Positions 8,850 to 19,544 of a DNA stretch of 64,000 nucleotides are shown piece after piece. The DNA comes from Promethearchaeati archaeon SRVP18_Atabeyarchaeia-1 (GTDB lineage: Archaea; Asgardarchaeota; Atabeyarchaeia; Atabeyarchaeales; Atabeyarchaeaceae). Position 1 is the stretch's first letter. Every line of letters begins with the position of its first letter. A program made the translations under genes and the position numbers. The stretch spans positions 2,272,001 to 2,336,000 of the forward strand of contig CP147779.1 in the NCBI GenBank assembly GCA_037308085.1. Direction: 5' to 3'. The notes beneath the pieces were generated by a model. It was not told the origin of the DNA. It ran no database searches and saw only the letters and a program-made list of their open reading frames with translations.

Positions 8850-10154
8850 TCATTTCCTCTTTGGCGTCCTAATCTTCTGCACGAGCTCAACATCCACGTT
8901 TCTGACCCCGTCAATTGCCCTGATCTTCTGTGATACCAAGAGATAGAGGTGGTTCAGGTTGCTCGTTACCGCCTCAGCATAGATGTCACTCTCTTTTCCA
9001 GTTATCGCGTGGATCTCTTGTAGCTCCCGGATTCCCTTCAACTGTGAATACACTTTGCTCTTCTTGGCCAAATCGATCTCCAAGAATATGAATCCCACAA
9101 CCTTGTTGGTGACTTCGTGGAAGTACCTCATGGCGATCGAAGTGACCAGGAATACCGTCGCTATCAGGATATAGTCCATGCGGACTAATTCGCCCAAGAT
9201 GAGTATGCCGACGTATGCTGCAACCAGTGGCGTTATCAGCCCGAGGATCGATGACCACTGGTCGAAAGTCAGAGCTTCTTTTGGCCAGAAAGCCTGAGCC
9301 GCGTACAAGAGAAAGTAAGGCACGAATGTCAACCCGAAGGAGAGGACTAGAATGTCCATGTTTAGCGATGCGGAGAAGAGATTGCTTGAAAGATCATCGA
9401 AAAACCTGTTGCACTGGCTTACGAGCTCAGGTTCCTGGCTAAAGAGAGGGAGACCAAGTACCAGCGGAAAGATCATCAAGCCTGAGAACATGAAGGTTAC
9501 TCCAAGTTTGAGCGTCGATCTTGCCATCCTGTAGTTCCCAACGGAGAAGCGCACGGCTTCCGTCTCCTTCCTCGAAGGAGTGTCCTTGGCAATCAACGCG
9601 ATATAGGCCGTCCAGAAAACGGCGCAGATTGCCACAAACAGAAAGCCGATCGATTTTACCGCGGCGTCGGCCTCCACACGTGCAAGTGAGATGACAAGGA
9701 CCGCGAGAACCAACAATGTCATGTAGATTAGTTTAAGAATGTCTATCTTTTCAGTTCCCTTGGCCCAGTTCCAGAAGGCTAGCAGCACGGGTGTGATGGA
9801 CTCGCTGACCATTGTTGCAATTACAACCCCGACAAGGTTGTAGCTGAAGAAGAACAGGGTGAGGCTGACGGAGAGCATGAAGGCCACAATCACTAGCGAA
9901 AGGAGCTGAGGAACATTTCTTCTTCCGTAGGCTCGGTTTGTGGAAGTCAGATATGCCCCTATTCCCTTCACTTCTGGAGAACGTATCCTCAGCACACCAA
10001 CCAGGAGAAAACATGCAAGCGATGTGTAGAAGAACCTGAAGAGCAGCATCGTGAAGAGGCTGTAGCTCTTCATTGCTTCTACGGCTGGAATCGGGATTAG
10101 TCCCCATAACAGGTTCGTGATTACCACGGCGAAAAGCATTCTACCTAGCGGCAT
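8850..10154 (-). CDS. DMT/EamA-family transporter fused to a C-terminal Lrp/AsnC ligand-binding domain
   Basis: LLWGL start, about 10 TM, ILILGE motif; tail VVGFIFLEI...IHAITGKESDI...IRAIDGVRNV. Confidence 0.8.
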   Translation of the reverse strand: MPLGRMLFAVVITNLLWGLIPIPAVEAMKSYSLFTMLLFRFFYTSLACFLLVGVLRIRSPEVKGIGAYLTSTNRAYGRRNVPQLLSLVIVAFMLSVSLTLFFFSYNLVGVVIATMVSESITPVLLAFWNWAKGTEKIDILKLIYMTLLVLAVLVISLARVEADAAVKSIGFLFVAICAVFWTAYIALIAKDTPSRKETEAVRFSVGNYRMARSTLKLGVTFMFSGLMIFPLVLGLPLFSQEPELVSQCNRFFDDLSSNLFSASLNMDILVLSFGLTFVPYFLLYAAQAFWPKEALTFDQWSSILGLITPLVAAYVGILILGELVRMDYILIATVFLVTSIAMRYFHEVTNKVVGFIFLEIDLAKKSKVYSQLKGIRELQEIHAITGKESDIYAEAVTSNLNHLYLLVSQKIRAIDGVRNVDVELVQKIRTPKRK

Positions 10155-10239
10155 TTCTCCGTCCCCTATTGTCACGCACTGGCTGTAAGTCTACTCGCAG
10201 GCGGTAGACTCTGCTCACCAACATGGACCGGTCGATCCA

Positions 10240-12033
10240 TTACTGCTTCTCTGATCCATATTTCTTCATAAAGTCCGATCTGGTAATAACTCCGAGAAAC
10301 CTCTCTTTTCTGTTTTTCTCAACAACGGGCATTATGTCGGAGCCGTACCTGCGCATCTTCTTCAAAACCTGATCCAATGTCTCATCGGGAGTGACCGAAC
10401 CCATAGTTCTCACCAGACCTTTCGCATACGTCCTCTCGGTGGCGTCTGGTGGCACGCGGATAGCCTCCACGTAGTTCACCACGCCAAGGAGCTGTCCGCT
10501 CTCCACGACTGGAAGCGCGCTATGCCCACTTGAATTCAACATATGAATGACTTTGCTGACAGCGGTATCTGGAGATACGCTGACGAAATTCTTGCTCATT
10601 ACATCCTTGACCTGGATCTCACCGAGGACTTCCGGTCTCGGCTGCTCAGCCAGTTGGTCTAGTCGTATTCCTCTGCGCTCCAATGCGAGCGTGTTGATTG
10701 TGGAGCCACCAAGAAGTTTCCTAGCAGTGATATGCGCGAGCGAGCAAGATAATGTTAGAGGTAGGAGCAAATAGAATATTGTTGGGCTTGAACTCATGTA
10801 CATCTCTGGGATAATGAGAATAGAAGCGATTGGCGTGCCATAGGCACCAGCTAACAACGCCGCAGCACCAACGGAAGCCAAAGCAAAAGGCGCAGGAACA
10901 AGGCTGGGCGCCAACTCGCTGAGGGTAAGACCCACAGCTCCGCCGAACATGCTCCCAACATATAGTGATGGTACCAGTAGACCGCCGCTTGCACCTGAGC
11001 CGAGCGTAAATGATGTGCACAGCATTTTGACGACGCCCAGCAAAAGAGCAAAGGCAATTGGGATCCCGCCAGCCAGTAGAAGCACTATCCCCTCGTAGCC
11101 AACTCCATAGATTCCGTATCCAGTCTCGTCGCCCGCAGAGATGGATTGCATGAAGAAAGGCATTCCAACTAGACCTGTTAGCAGACCGCCAGCGGCGATC
11201 TTTAAGACTTTGTGAACTGATCTACCCTTCTCAAATAGCCCTTCTACGAGATAGAAGTATCTGACCCATATCGCCGAGAGAACTCCAAAGGTCAGCCCAA
11301 AAGCCGCGTACAGTAGAAGCTCAGCCGGCGCAGGGGAGGCGAAGCTTAGCGCTGGGAATGAGATGAAACTCGAGGGGAGTAATCCAGCAACCGCGGTTCC
11401 CAAGACGCAAGCAAGCAGAACTGGAATCGAGTCGGAGAGCCTGTATCTTCTAAGAAGCACCTCTATCGCGAAGATGGCCCCGCCGAGGGGGGCATTAAAA
11501 GTCGCCGCAATGCCTGAAGCGAGTCCACAGACAACGAGCAACTCCACATCCCTATCGGAAAGTCTGAGGGCTTGACCCGCTGTGGAGCCCAAGCTGGCGC
11601 CAATCTGAGCGATGGGTCCTTCCCTTCCTGCGCTGCCCCCGGATCCTATGGTGATGGATGAAACTATGCTGGTAACCGGAGCGACGCGGTATCTCATCCG
11701 TCCCCCACTGAATGACATGCTCTCCATGACTTGTGGGATACCATGTCCTTTTGACTCACGTGTGAGTCTCGTTGTGATTAGGGCGGCCACTGATGCCCCG
11801 AGCGCCGGTAGGATAATTACGGCAAGGTTGTACCCATAGACTTGCAGGGAAATCCTGGGTAGCAACGTGTCAAAGAAGAGGAGGCTGTTTAGGTTGATCA
11901 GTAGTTTGAAGACAACGGCAGCGATGCCGCTAGACAGCCCGACGAGCACAGCTATTAGATTTATCACGAGCCCGTGTGAGCGCATGAATCTCCTGGGAGC
12001 TTGAGGCAATTTACGAGGTGCTGATTTTTCCAT
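10240..12033 (-). CDS. ClC-family chloride channel/antiporter with CBS pair
   Basis: GHGIP, GSAGREGP, FNAPLGG, SGASGGLLVP; C-terminal VKDVMS...CBS repeats. Confidence 0.93.
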   Translation of the reverse strand: MEKSAPRKLPQAPRRFMRSHGLVINLIAVLVGLSSGIAAVVFKLLINLNSLLFFDTLLPRISLQVYGYNLAVIILPALGASVAALITTRLTRESKGHGIPQVMESMSFSGGRMRYRVAPVTSIVSSITIGSGGSAGREGPIAQIGASLGSTAGQALRLSDRDVELLVVCGLASGIAATFNAPLGGAIFAIEVLLRRYRLSDSIPVLLACVLGTAVAGLLPSSFISFPALSFASPAPAELLLYAAFGLTFGVLSAIWVRYFYLVEGLFEKGRSVHKVLKIAAGGLLTGLVGMPFFMQSISAGDETGYGIYGVGYEGIVLLLAGGIPIAFALLLGVVKMLCTSFTLGSGASGGLLVPSLYVGSMFGGAVGLTLSELAPSLVPAPFALASVGAAALLAGAYGTPIASILIIPEMYMSSSPTIFYLLLPLTLSCSLAHITARKLLGGSTINTLALERRGIRLDQLAEQPRPEVLGEIQVKDVMSKNFVSVSPDTAVSKVIHMLNSSGHSALPVVESGQLLGVVNYVEAIRVPPDATERTYAKGLVRTMGSVTPDETLDQVLKKMRRYGSDIMPVVEKNRKERFLGVITRSDFMKKYGSEKQ

Positions 12034-12438
12034 ATCATTTATCGCCTTGCTTGGAGAATAACAAGAGAGGAGACAGGGGCTTCCGCCGCTACCATCTGAT
12101 CATACTCAAAATGTACCTTAGCGGGATCTTGTGCTCACATGCGCAGAGCCCGTGAGACCATTTCAAAACTTTTCATGTCGAGAAATCTCTCCTGTTTCTC
12201 CTCTTATAGAGTTTACGCAAATATGGTAGCAGGAGGTAGGAAGACTATACAGAGAACATGTTTTCCAACTCTATTTCGGAGGTCTCTCGGATTGAGGTGG
12301 GCTAGCTCACCTCTGGCAAGCCCCATAGCTCAGCTGTGCACAGGAAAGCTCAGATGATCCGTTAACCATCTACGATCATGTTTGCCCGGTTGGAAATGTC
12401 GAAAAGCTTATGTAACCCTCTCCTTTACGCACTACACT

Positions 12439-13383
12439 ATGACCTCCGACCGAAAGCAGTCAAAGACGCCGTCCACTCTTATCGACGTTGAGAATTTGAG
12501 CAAGGCCTATGGTAAGCTCCTCGCCGTGAAGGGCATAAGCTTCAAGGTTTACCGCGGGGAATGCTTCGGTCTTCTTGGCCCGAACGGCGCAGGCAAGACC
12601 ACGACGATCAAGATGCTACAGTGTGTTCTTCCAAGAACCTCCGGGAAAATCATAATCGATGGAATGAATGTCGATGAAGATCATCGAGCCATCAAAGCTG
12701 CTATGGGCGTAGCTCCCCAGGAGAATAACTTGGATCCTGATTTTACGACGCTGAAGAACCTAACTGTTTATGCTCGCTACTTCAATATTGCCAAAGAGGA
12801 AGCCGAGAAGAGAGCTAAACGCCTGCTCAGACTGATCGGTCTTGAGAAGAAAAGCAACGTGATCATCGACTCGCTTTCTGGCGGCATGAAAAGAAGGCTG
12901 ATACTTGCGAGGGCATTAATGAATGAGCCTGAGATTTTGATCCTCGATGAACCCACTACTGGGCTTGACCCTCAGACTAAGCGCCTCATATGGGAGCGAG
13001 TGGACCTACTCAGAGACAGCGGAGTTACAATAATACTGGCGACGCAGAACATGGAGGAAGCTACCGAACTGTGTGACAGAATCATAATCATGAATGAAGG
13101 AAGAATCATCGCGGAAGGAAAGCCTCGGAACCTAGTTCATGAGAAGCTGAGCAAATGGGTGTTAAGAGTCGAGCCGGCAGAAGAAGCCGAGAAATACATC
13201 CGCAGGAATATGAGGAGTACCGAGTATCAGACTGAGGGGGACAGATTATTCATCTTCACCAATAACCCCGAAGCTCTACAGGCTGAACTCATGAGCAAGC
13301 TGAAACTGAAAGAGACTGTCATAAGGGAATCCTCGTTGGAGGATCTATTCTTGAAGCTAACAGGAAGAGGAATACAGGAATAG
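12439..13383 (+). CDS. ABC-2 type exporter ATP-binding protein (NodI/DrrA-like)
   Basis: GPNGAGKTT, LSGGMKRRL, LDEPTTGLDP, SLEDLFLKLTGR. Confidence 0.93.
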   Translation: MTSDRKQSKTPSTLIDVENLSKAYGKLLAVKGISFKVYRGECFGLLGPNGAGKTTTIKMLQCVLPRTSGKIIIDGMNVDEDHRAIKAAMGVAPQENNLDPDFTTLKNLTVYARYFNIAKEEAEKRAKRLLRLIGLEKKSNVIIDSLSGGMKRRLILARALMNEPEILILDEPTTGLDPQTKRLIWERVDLLRDSGVTIILATQNMEEATELCDRIIIMNEGRIIAEGKPRNLVHEKLSKWVLRVEPAEEAEKYIRRNMRSTEYQTEGDRLFIFTNNPEALQAELMSKLKLKETVIRESSLEDLFLKLTGRGIQE

Positions 13384-13405
13384 TCCTTGCCCCTAGAGAT
13401 ACTAG

Positions 13406-14275
13406 ATGGAGTGCCATGCTACCTTGAGTGGAAAGATACGAAGCCCTTGGTATACTAACGTAAGCGGCAGATTCTGGAAAGTTTGGAGAAGGGACCTCGA
13501 CGTATACCTGAAGACCTGGAAAGTCAATCTCGTCCCACCACTGATCGAGCCAGTCTTATACCTATTGGCAATGGGCTTTGGGCTTGGTGGTCTAGTCAGA
13601 TCAGAGGGGGTAATCGACAGCTACCTACCGGGAGGACCCGTGAGCTACCTGACGTGGGTCGCGCCCGCCATTGTAGCCATCTCAGTCTTGAACTCTGCTT
13701 TCTTCGAGACCACGTATGGTAGCTTCGTGAGGATGACCTATCAGAAGACTTTCGATGCAATAGTCTCCACACCCCTCTCGCTCGAGGAAGTGATCATTGG
13801 AGAAATGGCTTGGGGAGCGGTCAAAGGGTTGATCTACGGAGGGATCGTCCTAGGGGTCACGGGATTGATCGGACTGGCTGGACTTGGCGTTTTCACTCAG
13901 AGCACTAACTTCGTTTTGCTTCTGCTTGTGCTGCCTTTTAGCCTGCTCTTTGGTCTCCTTTCATCGGCTCTTGGCATGTGCTGTACGGCGCTTGCGCCAA
14001 CTATTGATTCGTTCAATTACGCTACCTTTTTGCTGATAACTCCGATGTTTCTTGTTACTGGAACGTTCTTCCCTATGAACGTCCTGCCGCCAGCTCTGCA
14101 GACCTTTGTTCTCTTGGTTCTTCCGCTGTCCCATGCCACCATAGTGACAAGGCAGCTAATGCTCAACAGTATAGATATCGGTCAGGTGCTTGTAAGCCTC
14201 TCTTGGATAGCTGTTGCCACGGTTGTTCTGGTCCTGCTCGCCATAATCGCGATGAATAGAAAACTCATAAAATAA
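13406..14275 (+). CDS. ABC-2 type permease (NodJ-like)
   Basis: EPVLYLLAMGFGLG, SYLTWVAP, RMTYQKTFDAIVSTPL, PMFLVTGTFFP. Confidence 0.92.
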   Translation: MECHATLSGKIRSPWYTNVSGRFWKVWRRDLDVYLKTWKVNLVPPLIEPVLYLLAMGFGLGGLVRSEGVIDSYLPGGPVSYLTWVAPAIVAISVLNSAFFETTYGSFVRMTYQKTFDAIVSTPLSLEEVIIGEMAWGAVKGLIYGGIVLGVTGLIGLAGLGVFTQSTNFVLLLLVLPFSLLFGLLSSALGMCCTALAPTIDSFNYATFLLITPMFLVTGTFFPMNVLPPALQTFVLLVLPLSHATIVTRQLMLNSIDIGQVLVSLSWIAVATVVLVLLAIIAMNRKLIK

Positions 14276-14479
14276 GAGAACCCGACCAGCTGAATAGGAA
14301 GCTTGTCTAAACACACACTTCTCGCGCACCCCAGAGGCTGAGAGAGCGTTGACCTACCTTAGAAAACTTGATATACTGATTCTCCGATATCGATGAGTGT
14401 GGGGGGTTGGGGATAGTTTTATATATAGTGAAAACGTTTCTACTGTTTATAATTAGGTGTGTTTGGAGAGGAGTAGGCG

Positions 14480-15310
14480 ATGGCTGACTTTCTATTCGGC
14501 TTAGACATCACGTTCTGGCTACTGATTTTCTTCATCACGGTAATACTTGTGGGATTTCTGGCGGCTTCCATAAGGCTCGTAAAAGAATACGAGAGAGCGG
14601 TAATCTTCCGCCTGGGTAGGCTTGTTGGGGCTAAAGGGCCTGGTCTCTTCTTCAGGCTACCTTGGTTGGACAAGTTCATCGTAGTTGATCTTAGAGTCAT
14701 AACTTCCAATGTGCCGAAGCAGAGAGTAATCACCCGGGACAACGTGACCGTAGATGTTGACGCAGTAGTCTACTATCGCGTCCTAGATCCCAGTAAGGCC
14801 ATTGTTAGAGTGATGGACTACGCCGATGCAACTAATCTCCTTGCCCAAACTACGCTCCGAGACACGCTCGGCCAAGTTGAGCTTGACGAGTTGCTTGCAA
14901 AGCGTGATGAGCTGAACAAGAAGATACAAGGCATAATAGATCAAGCTACTGAGACTTGGGGGATCAAAGTGACTGCTGTCTTGATAAGAGATGTTACAAT
15001 ACCACCTGAAATGCAGCGCGCCATAGCTAAGCAGGCAGAAGCGGAACGAGAAAAAAGAGCAAGAATCATAGTCGCTGAGGGAGAACTCCAGGCCTCGAAG
15101 ACGCTCTATGAGGCCGCAAAGAAGTTCCAGGATAACCCGATTGCCATGAGAATACGGGAACTTCAGACTTTGACGGACATCGCAAGGGAGAAAAACATGG
15201 TGATAGTGACGCCAGCCCAAATAGGCACAAACCTCGGAGAGGTAATTGGAGCAGCTACAGCAGTCAGCAGAAAGAGCAAGAGAACCGAAGAGGAAGAGCC
15301 GAAGCAGTAG
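14480..15310 (+). CDS. SPFH/stomatin (slipin) family protein
   Basis: EYERAVIFRLGR, ITRDNVTVDVDAVVYYRV, AQTTLR, QAEAEREKRA. Confidence 0.95.
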   Translation: MADFLFGLDITFWLLIFFITVILVGFLAASIRLVKEYERAVIFRLGRLVGAKGPGLFFRLPWLDKFIVVDLRVITSNVPKQRVITRDNVTVDVDAVVYYRVLDPSKAIVRVMDYADATNLLAQTTLRDTLGQVELDELLAKRDELNKKIQGIIDQATETWGIKVTAVLIRDVTIPPEMQRAIAKQAEAEREKRARIIVAEGELQASKTLYEAAKKFQDNPIAMRIRELQTLTDIAREKNMVIVTPAQIGTNLGEVIGAATAVSRKSKRTEEEEPKQ

Positions 15311-15467
15311 TAGGCTCGCTTGTCCCTTTTTTCCTTTCTTCCTGATAATGAAAGCGCCCAGCACTGACTTGTTTTCCGCGTCACCGTCTTCCGGCTTTGG
15401 TCGCCACGCTGCATGACCAGACTGTGGGCAAAAAGATATTGTAGGAGATGCTGGATATAGGGGCCAC

Positions 15468-15938
15468 GTGATAAGACGGCAGGAAGCGACCTTGGTGGTG
15501 AATCTCAGAACCAAGACAGCTAAGGATCTGGGACTTGAAAGCTTCAAGCAGATTGGCATGGTAAGGAATACGGGCAAGGTTCCAGGCTACTTTGAGAAGA
15601 CCCTGGGTCTTGGGCACTTTGGCTCGGCAGCTGTGACTGCGGAAACCGACGTGGGCAAGATAAGATTGAAGGTATCGCTCGCGCAACTTGGCGAAACCCA
15701 GTTCGAGCTGATTGAACCCCCAGAAGGAGAGACCGTGCACTCTGATTATCCCAAGCAAGGTCGAGAGGGACTGCACCACTTGGGTTTCCATGTTAGTGAT
15801 ATTAAAAAGAAGCTTTGAGAGTTGTAGGCAAAAGGATTAAGGGTTCCGGAAATAGGGACAAGCTTAGGAGTAAAATACGCCAACCTCGACACCACAAGCA
15901 TGTCTGGAGTAGTCTTTGAGTTGCTCAAGTCTGGCTAA
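15468..15938 (+). pseudogene. VOC/glyoxalase-family gene interrupted by two in-frame stops
   Basis: FELIEP...GREGLHHLGF, then TGA 15816-18, GAG TTG, TAG 15825-27; the frame continues AKGLRVPEIGTSLGVKYANLDTTSMSGVVFELLKSG to TAA at 15938. Confidence 0.75.
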
Positions 15939-15983
15939 AACCGATCTTGGTACAGAATAGAGTATAAGAAGAGGTCTCCAGGA

Positions 15984-18668
15984 ATGGAAGATGGCGGTAA
16001 TTTCGGGCATTGGTTCGAAGATGAGTTCGGTTTGCCCGCATACGAGTACACCTGCAATCATGAGGTGGATCCCAGGGCCACCTATTTCACAACTCGCGGG
16101 ATGTCGAAAGATCACTGGCACCAACTTGGAAACGATCGCCTCAACCTCCTTGCGCACAACGACGGATCCGTGGAGGTTCTCGATAGCTCTCGAGGTCTTC
16201 AATGGTTGTGTCGCCGAGACCCTAGGCGCCACGTGCCCGGCGGGGGAATAGTAATAGTCCAAGAGGAGGGGGGAGGCGCCCCTGCGTGGTGCGATCTCTT
16301 CTCCCAAAAGAATTTTGCTAATCAGTATCGGCGCGTCTTTGGCGCTGGGTACTATCGTAAGACGACCAAGAGGAATGGGTTGACGCTCGATCATGCGGTG
16401 TTTCCACCATTCTCGGACGACCCTGTCGTCGTATCTGAACTGAGCATCACGAATGATTCCGATTCGACAAAGAACGTGATGTTGTATGACTATTGGGGCG
16501 CCAACGTCCGGAGTATCAGTTCTGCGCTCATCTACTTTGACGAGAAACGAAGGTACTTCAGCAAGAGCCCCTTCCTCAACGTGTTGGGAAAGTCGCTGAA
16601 GCTTGCCAGCTATGCGTTCCATATGGCGCCAGAACAGGCGAGAGATTCATTCTCCCTTAAGTTCAGGTATGAGGCAAAGTACTCTTCGCATCTTATGGCG
16701 GGCATTCTGAAACCAGTATTCAGGGGGAGGGGGAAACCCTCAAGGAACCAGCCATCTTCCCGTGACTATTACCCGAAAACGATCTTCCTAGCAGCTTTGG
16801 ACAACACGCCGACGAGAATTATCGTGTCTACTAGGGAACTTATCAACCGTACAGGGCAACTCGATCCGCACGAGGAGCCCTTCCTAAGCAAGCTCACGCT
16901 CAGGGATTCTCCATGCATATGTTTAGGGGTCAGCGTAAGACTGAACCCCAAGGAGCAGAAAAGAATGACCTTTGTATTCGGTTACAGCGACGAGCAGGGG
17001 ATCCAAGATCTCTTAGACAAGTATAGATCAAAGCATTCGTCAACTAATGAAACATTACCCCTACTGAAGGAGAGTAGCCAAAAATGGGCGTGCAGTCTCC
17101 TCGAATTCGACTGCAAAGATAATCCGTACAGCTGGGTCGGCAGGGAAGCTAAGTGGCACTCCTACTACCTGAGAAGCGCAACTCTCTTCGATGAGTACTT
17201 CGAGAACCATCTACTTCCACAAGGGGGAGCCTACAACTATCTTCAGGGCCTACAGGGAGTCTCCCGAGACTTCATGCTCTTCACGATCCCAACGACGTAT
17301 ATTGAACCAGCGCTTGCCCGAGAGATGCTGGAATACACAATGCGGCTGATGACCCCAGACGGCAGGCTGCCTTACTGCACATACGGCTTTGGGATGCAGG
17401 GAGGAGCGCTCGTTCACAAGAATCCCTCAGACTTGTCGCTCGCTCTCCTATGGGGTCTCTCCGAGTACCTATTTGCGACGAGGGACTTCGAGTTTCTGAA
17501 GAAGATCATCCCCTTCTATCCCAAACACAAAGGAGCTTCTTCCACCGTGTACGAGCGTATCAAGCTGGCAGTAGACTATCTACTGGACAAGGTTAGACTT
17601 GGCGAGCATGGCCTAGTAAAGGTAGGAGACGGGGACTGGAATGATGGGATCTCAACCATGGTCAAGAGCAGGGGAAGATTCATCAAGAATGGGGAATCAA
17701 TGTACAATACGGCGCTAGCTTTGTATGTCTTGCCTAGAATCTCCCTGCTCCTAGAGAGACAGGGGGACGTGGACTATGCCAACAAGATCGAGACCACCTG
17801 CAGGAGCCTGCTTGAGTCTTGCCTGGCATCTTGGAACAAGAAATGGTTCTATAGAGGCTGGGATGGGTCAGGTAACCCTATTGGAGAAAGGAACTTATAC
17901 CTCGAACCTTTGACGTGGCTCCTCATTTCCGGGACACTACCTAGAAGCTACGCTGATCAGCTTGTGAAGAGCATACACAGCATTCTTGACCTGCCATCCC
18001 CTTTCGGCCAATACCTGGTTTATCCGCCGGTTCCTACGTTGATGAATTACCTGGAGAGAGGTTGGGATGTCAATGGTGGCACATGGTTCGCGATGAACTT
18101 CCTGCTAGCGTGGGGCTACAGCAAGAGCGATCCTGAAAAAGCTTGGAACGCCTTCACGAAGAATTCGATGAAACATCACGCAGAACTTTACCCCGACGTG
18201 TGGTACGGAATCTGGAGCGGGCCAGATGCGTTCAACGCTTCGTACTCTTCTAGACCAGGGGAGACGTATTTCCACCTCGCGACGCCGACAACCGACTTTC
18301 CCGTAATGAACCTCAATCTGCACGCAAACTTTCTTGGAGCATTGATAAAGATGATCGGAATAGAACCCACTATCGACGGACTCACGCTGGCGCCCTCGGT
18401 TCCCTTGAAGGATTTCGAGTTACGGACACCGGTCCTAGAAATAAAGGTGAACGACTATGCAATTGAGGGGTCCTATCAAAGGCACACGGCTGGAGACTTT
18501 GCGTTGCGATTGAAGCTGCCGAGAAGCTGGAAGAAGAGAGAAGTAGAGTGCGAAATAGATGGCGAAAGAACTGCTTTCAATCTCCTTGAGGAACTTGGCA
18601 TTGCCGAAGTTAGCGTCAACTCACTGGCGGAGCGTTTCAAGTTCAAGTTCACATGTCGACCCAGATAA
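15984..18668 (+). CDS. GH94-like (six-hairpin) glycoside phosphorylase/hydrolase
   Basis: 894 aa; GEHGLVKVGDGDWNDG, GESMYNT, NGGTW; N-terminal HQLGNDR beta-sandwich region. Confidence 0.72.
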   Translation: MEDGGNFGHWFEDEFGLPAYEYTCNHEVDPRATYFTTRGMSKDHWHQLGNDRLNLLAHNDGSVEVLDSSRGLQWLCRRDPRRHVPGGGIVIVQEEGGGAPAWCDLFSQKNFANQYRRVFGAGYYRKTTKRNGLTLDHAVFPPFSDDPVVVSELSITNDSDSTKNVMLYDYWGANVRSISSALIYFDEKRRYFSKSPFLNVLGKSLKLASYAFHMAPEQARDSFSLKFRYEAKYSSHLMAGILKPVFRGRGKPSRNQPSSRDYYPKTIFLAALDNTPTRIIVSTRELINRTGQLDPHEEPFLSKLTLRDSPCICLGVSVRLNPKEQKRMTFVFGYSDEQGIQDLLDKYRSKHSSTNETLPLLKESSQKWACSLLEFDCKDNPYSWVGREAKWHSYYLRSATLFDEYFENHLLPQGGAYNYLQGLQGVSRDFMLFTIPTTYIEPALAREMLEYTMRLMTPDGRLPYCTYGFGMQGGALVHKNPSDLSLALLWGLSEYLFATRDFEFLKKIIPFYPKHKGASSTVYERIKLAVDYLLDKVRLGEHGLVKVGDGDWNDGISTMVKSRGRFIKNGESMYNTALALYVLPRISLLLERQGDVDYANKIETTCRSLLESCLASWNKKWFYRGWDGSGNPIGERNLYLEPLTWLLISGTLPRSYADQLVKSIHSILDLPSPFGQYLVYPPVPTLMNYLERGWDVNGGTWFAMNFLLAWGYSKSDPEKAWNAFTKNSMKHHAELYPDVWYGIWSGPDAFNASYSSRPGETYFHLATPTTDFPVMNLNLHANFLGALIKMIGIEPTIDGLTLAPSVPLKDFELRTPVLEIKVNDYAIEGSYQRHTAGDFALRLKLPRSWKKREVECEIDGERTAFNLLEELGIAEVSVNSLAERFKFKFTCRPR

Positions 18669-18701
18669 GCTGAAAAAGAGGTAGACGTGACGACAAGTGG
18701 T

Positions 18702-19196
18702 TCAGGATTGTATCCCAAGCTTCTTTGCCAAATCCTCAGGATCCAGCTTCCAGATTTCGATGATCTTGTCGTTCGTAAGTATCTTCTGAAGCAATTGTCC
18801 AATGTTGCCAAACTTGATGGCATCCGAAAGTTGACCGTCAATCCTCAGCTTGCCGGACATGAACATTGTTGTTCCGTCTATTGCGCCCGTTAGCATAGCC
18901 ATCATGCCTTCAGGGCTGCTTGTCTCCAAAGTCACATCAGGATTCTGGGCATCTCCAAGGCAAGCACTCATCCTTCCGCCAGATATCTTCAAGTAGCAGT
19001 TCTTTGCACCGTGTGCCTTGAACTGAAAAACGCGATCCCAGCCGGACAGTTCGTTCTTGACTTCATCGGATCCGTTCGCTGCGACGGACACTAGTCCGAG
19101 AAGATCATACTCGTTCTTGCCTATCTTCTTCATGAAATCGACTGGTCCAATCTCCTCGGCTTTCTCACTTATTCTTTCAATGACAGACTCGGACAA
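18702..19196 (-). CDS. SCP2 sterol/lipid-binding domain protein
   Basis: PDVTLE...MLTGAIDGTTMFMSGKLRIDGQLSDAIKF. Confidence 0.88.
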   Translation of the reverse strand: MSESVIERISEKAEEIGPVDFMKKIGKNEYDLLGLVSVAANGSDEVKNELSGWDRVFQFKAHGAKNCYLKISGGRMSACLGDAQNPDVTLETSSPEGMMAMLTGAIDGTTMFMSGKLRIDGQLSDAIKFGNIGQLLQKILTNDKIIEIWKLDPEDLAKKLGIQS

Positions 19197-19544
19197 ATCG
19201 ATGCAACTCCCGGTCTGCGTCGCTCCCGGCTTTTTCTTGGATCTATATTCCTTATTCCTTCACTACGTCTGCGAGCTACTTCCCTGACGACTCCGAATGA
19301 CTCTGAAAAGCCCTCACTTATATAGGTAGTTGCGGACCGCCGTTTTAAGCTGTTCTTGTATTCGTAGGCATACATGGGCACGGGCATATGGTTAGCTAAT
19401 ATGACTGTCTATTCGAGGGTAATCGTGTAATACTGTTGGGACGTTTGGGCCATGATGCGGTGAAGACCAAAATCTACTATGCGTATAGCAGGCACGCTGA
19501 CGCACCCCTGCCTACATACTCCTACGCAGATTGAAACCCACGCC

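Noticed and set aside
12319-12380. tRNA-like 5' sequence GCCCCATAGCTCAG
   Set aside because: No T-loop (GTTCRA), anticodon arm or acceptor-stem complement follows.
15816-15827. Selenocysteine or pyrrolysine readthrough of the VOC gene
   Set aside because: It would need both TGA and TAG recoded at non-catalytic positions; other genes here use both as normal stops; further divergence in the gene fits pseudogenisation.
14783-16622. Long minus-strand ORFs 14783-15577 and 15864-16622
   Set aside because: Antisense shadows of the stomatin and GH94-like genes, with no protein motifs.
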